DNA of 64,000 bases from positions 13,951,834 to 14,015,833 of the forward strand of contig CM082579.2 of NCBI GenBank assembly GCA_040954595.2. The letters run 5' to 3'. A program made the translations under genes and the position numbers. The notes beneath the pieces were generated by a model. It ran no database searches, was not told the DNA's origin, and worked only from the letters and a program-made list of their open reading frames with translations. The DNA comes from Balanoglossus misakiensis (lineage: Eukaryota > Animalia > Hemichordata). Of the stretch, positions 63,035-64,000 are shown piece by piece. The stretch's first letter is position 1. Every line of letters begins with the position of its first letter.

Positions 63035-63579
63035 GGGTAAGCCTAATTCAAGATTCACGTTTCAAGATTCACGTTTCACGTTCCACAGCCCAAGATTCAT
63101 ATTCTGATTCAGATTCTAGTCTTGTCTAATATGCTTATGCTGCCGTAACCAGGGGTGCGTACGATTGTTTATTGTCCTTGATCCCTGCCCAAGCAAGGTT
63201 CCCCAAATATTCTGTTCGATTATCGCGTGACGTCATTGTCGGGTATCTCGTCAAGTTCAGTTTCAACAACATTTTTCAAAGAGAGATGCACCCTATTTAT
63301 TATTTTCTAACACATGAATGACCCTAGGCCTGAGATCGCACCATGGCCGGCAATCTTGGTATTCACAGATACTTTTAAGCGTAATTCTGATATAATTGAT
63401 AGGTTTAGGTATATTTTACAACCGATAACTTAAGCAAAGGACTAATTCCTATATTCTGAATCAAGTGAAAGCAATGTAGATGGCGAAAGGATGTGACAAG
63501 ACTCGAATCTGAATCAGAATATGAATCTTGGGCTGTGGAACGTGAAACTTGAAACGTGAATCTTGAATTAGGCTTACCC
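63035..63579. mobile_element. MULE/MuDR-type MITE
   Basis: ~90-bp TIRs starting gggtaagcctaattcaagattcacgtttcaag. Exact 9-bp TSD taattttta at 63026-34 and 63580-88. Confidence 0.88.
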
Positions 63580-64000
63580 TAATTTTTAATGGGTATATTC
63601 TTAATAACTCATCACCATGAATGATCATTTCAAAACTTAACAAGGCATATGGCTAAAGAGGATTCAGTGTTTGTGCACCTTCTATCTGCTATGCTGGATC
63701 TATTGACAGTTTTCAAAGGGGTTTAAAGACTCGTCTTTTTATTCAGTACTTTCTATTTCATTCCATTGCTTTTTTGGTTAATAGGGACTGTCTTTCAGAA
63801 CTCTTTGGTTTGTTTCGTGTTTTTAAGTGTAATTTATTATCCTTTAAGCTTTCACTTGTTTTCTAATTTTATTATTTTCTGTAGAAAATGCACTGAGATG
63901 TATGTGTATTATGTTTGTCAGGAAATAAATAATAATAAAATTAAAAATAATAAACTATCTTTGATTTCAGATGTCAATGAATGTATGGAGAGAGCAGATC

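Overview
AT-rich, intron-containing eukaryotic DNA, probably from an invertebrate animal (inferred from the TE content and a MED25-like gene). It is mostly nested transposable elements. In order: (1) a spliced, decayed Kolobok/Mutator-type DDE transposase gene with a complete Sola2 element (1542-7475) in one intron; (2) a decayed CMC/Chapaev-like transposase gene interrupted by a young Mag-like Gypsy LTR element (13533-19253), itself interrupted by a Harbinger-type MITE; (3) a complete IS3EU element (23576-32335) carrying an intact transposase and a convergent SAM-like/HECT ubiquitin-ligase gene; (4) two tandem, disabled partial copies of a MED25-like gene, the first holding a complete EnSpm/CACTA element (40632-51655) with a transposase and a divergent BEN-domain gene; (5) many MITEs. 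The main observation is that, in five unrelated DNA-transposon families here, introns and 3' UTRs contain collinear, bulged reverse-complement copies of the element's own neighbouring exons. The unspliced RNA could therefore fold intron-on-exon into interrupted duplexes. The IS3EU case is unambiguous (exact 18-, 12- and 17-nt matches). The others are gapped by-eye alignments that need a statistical test. All alignments and translations were done manually.
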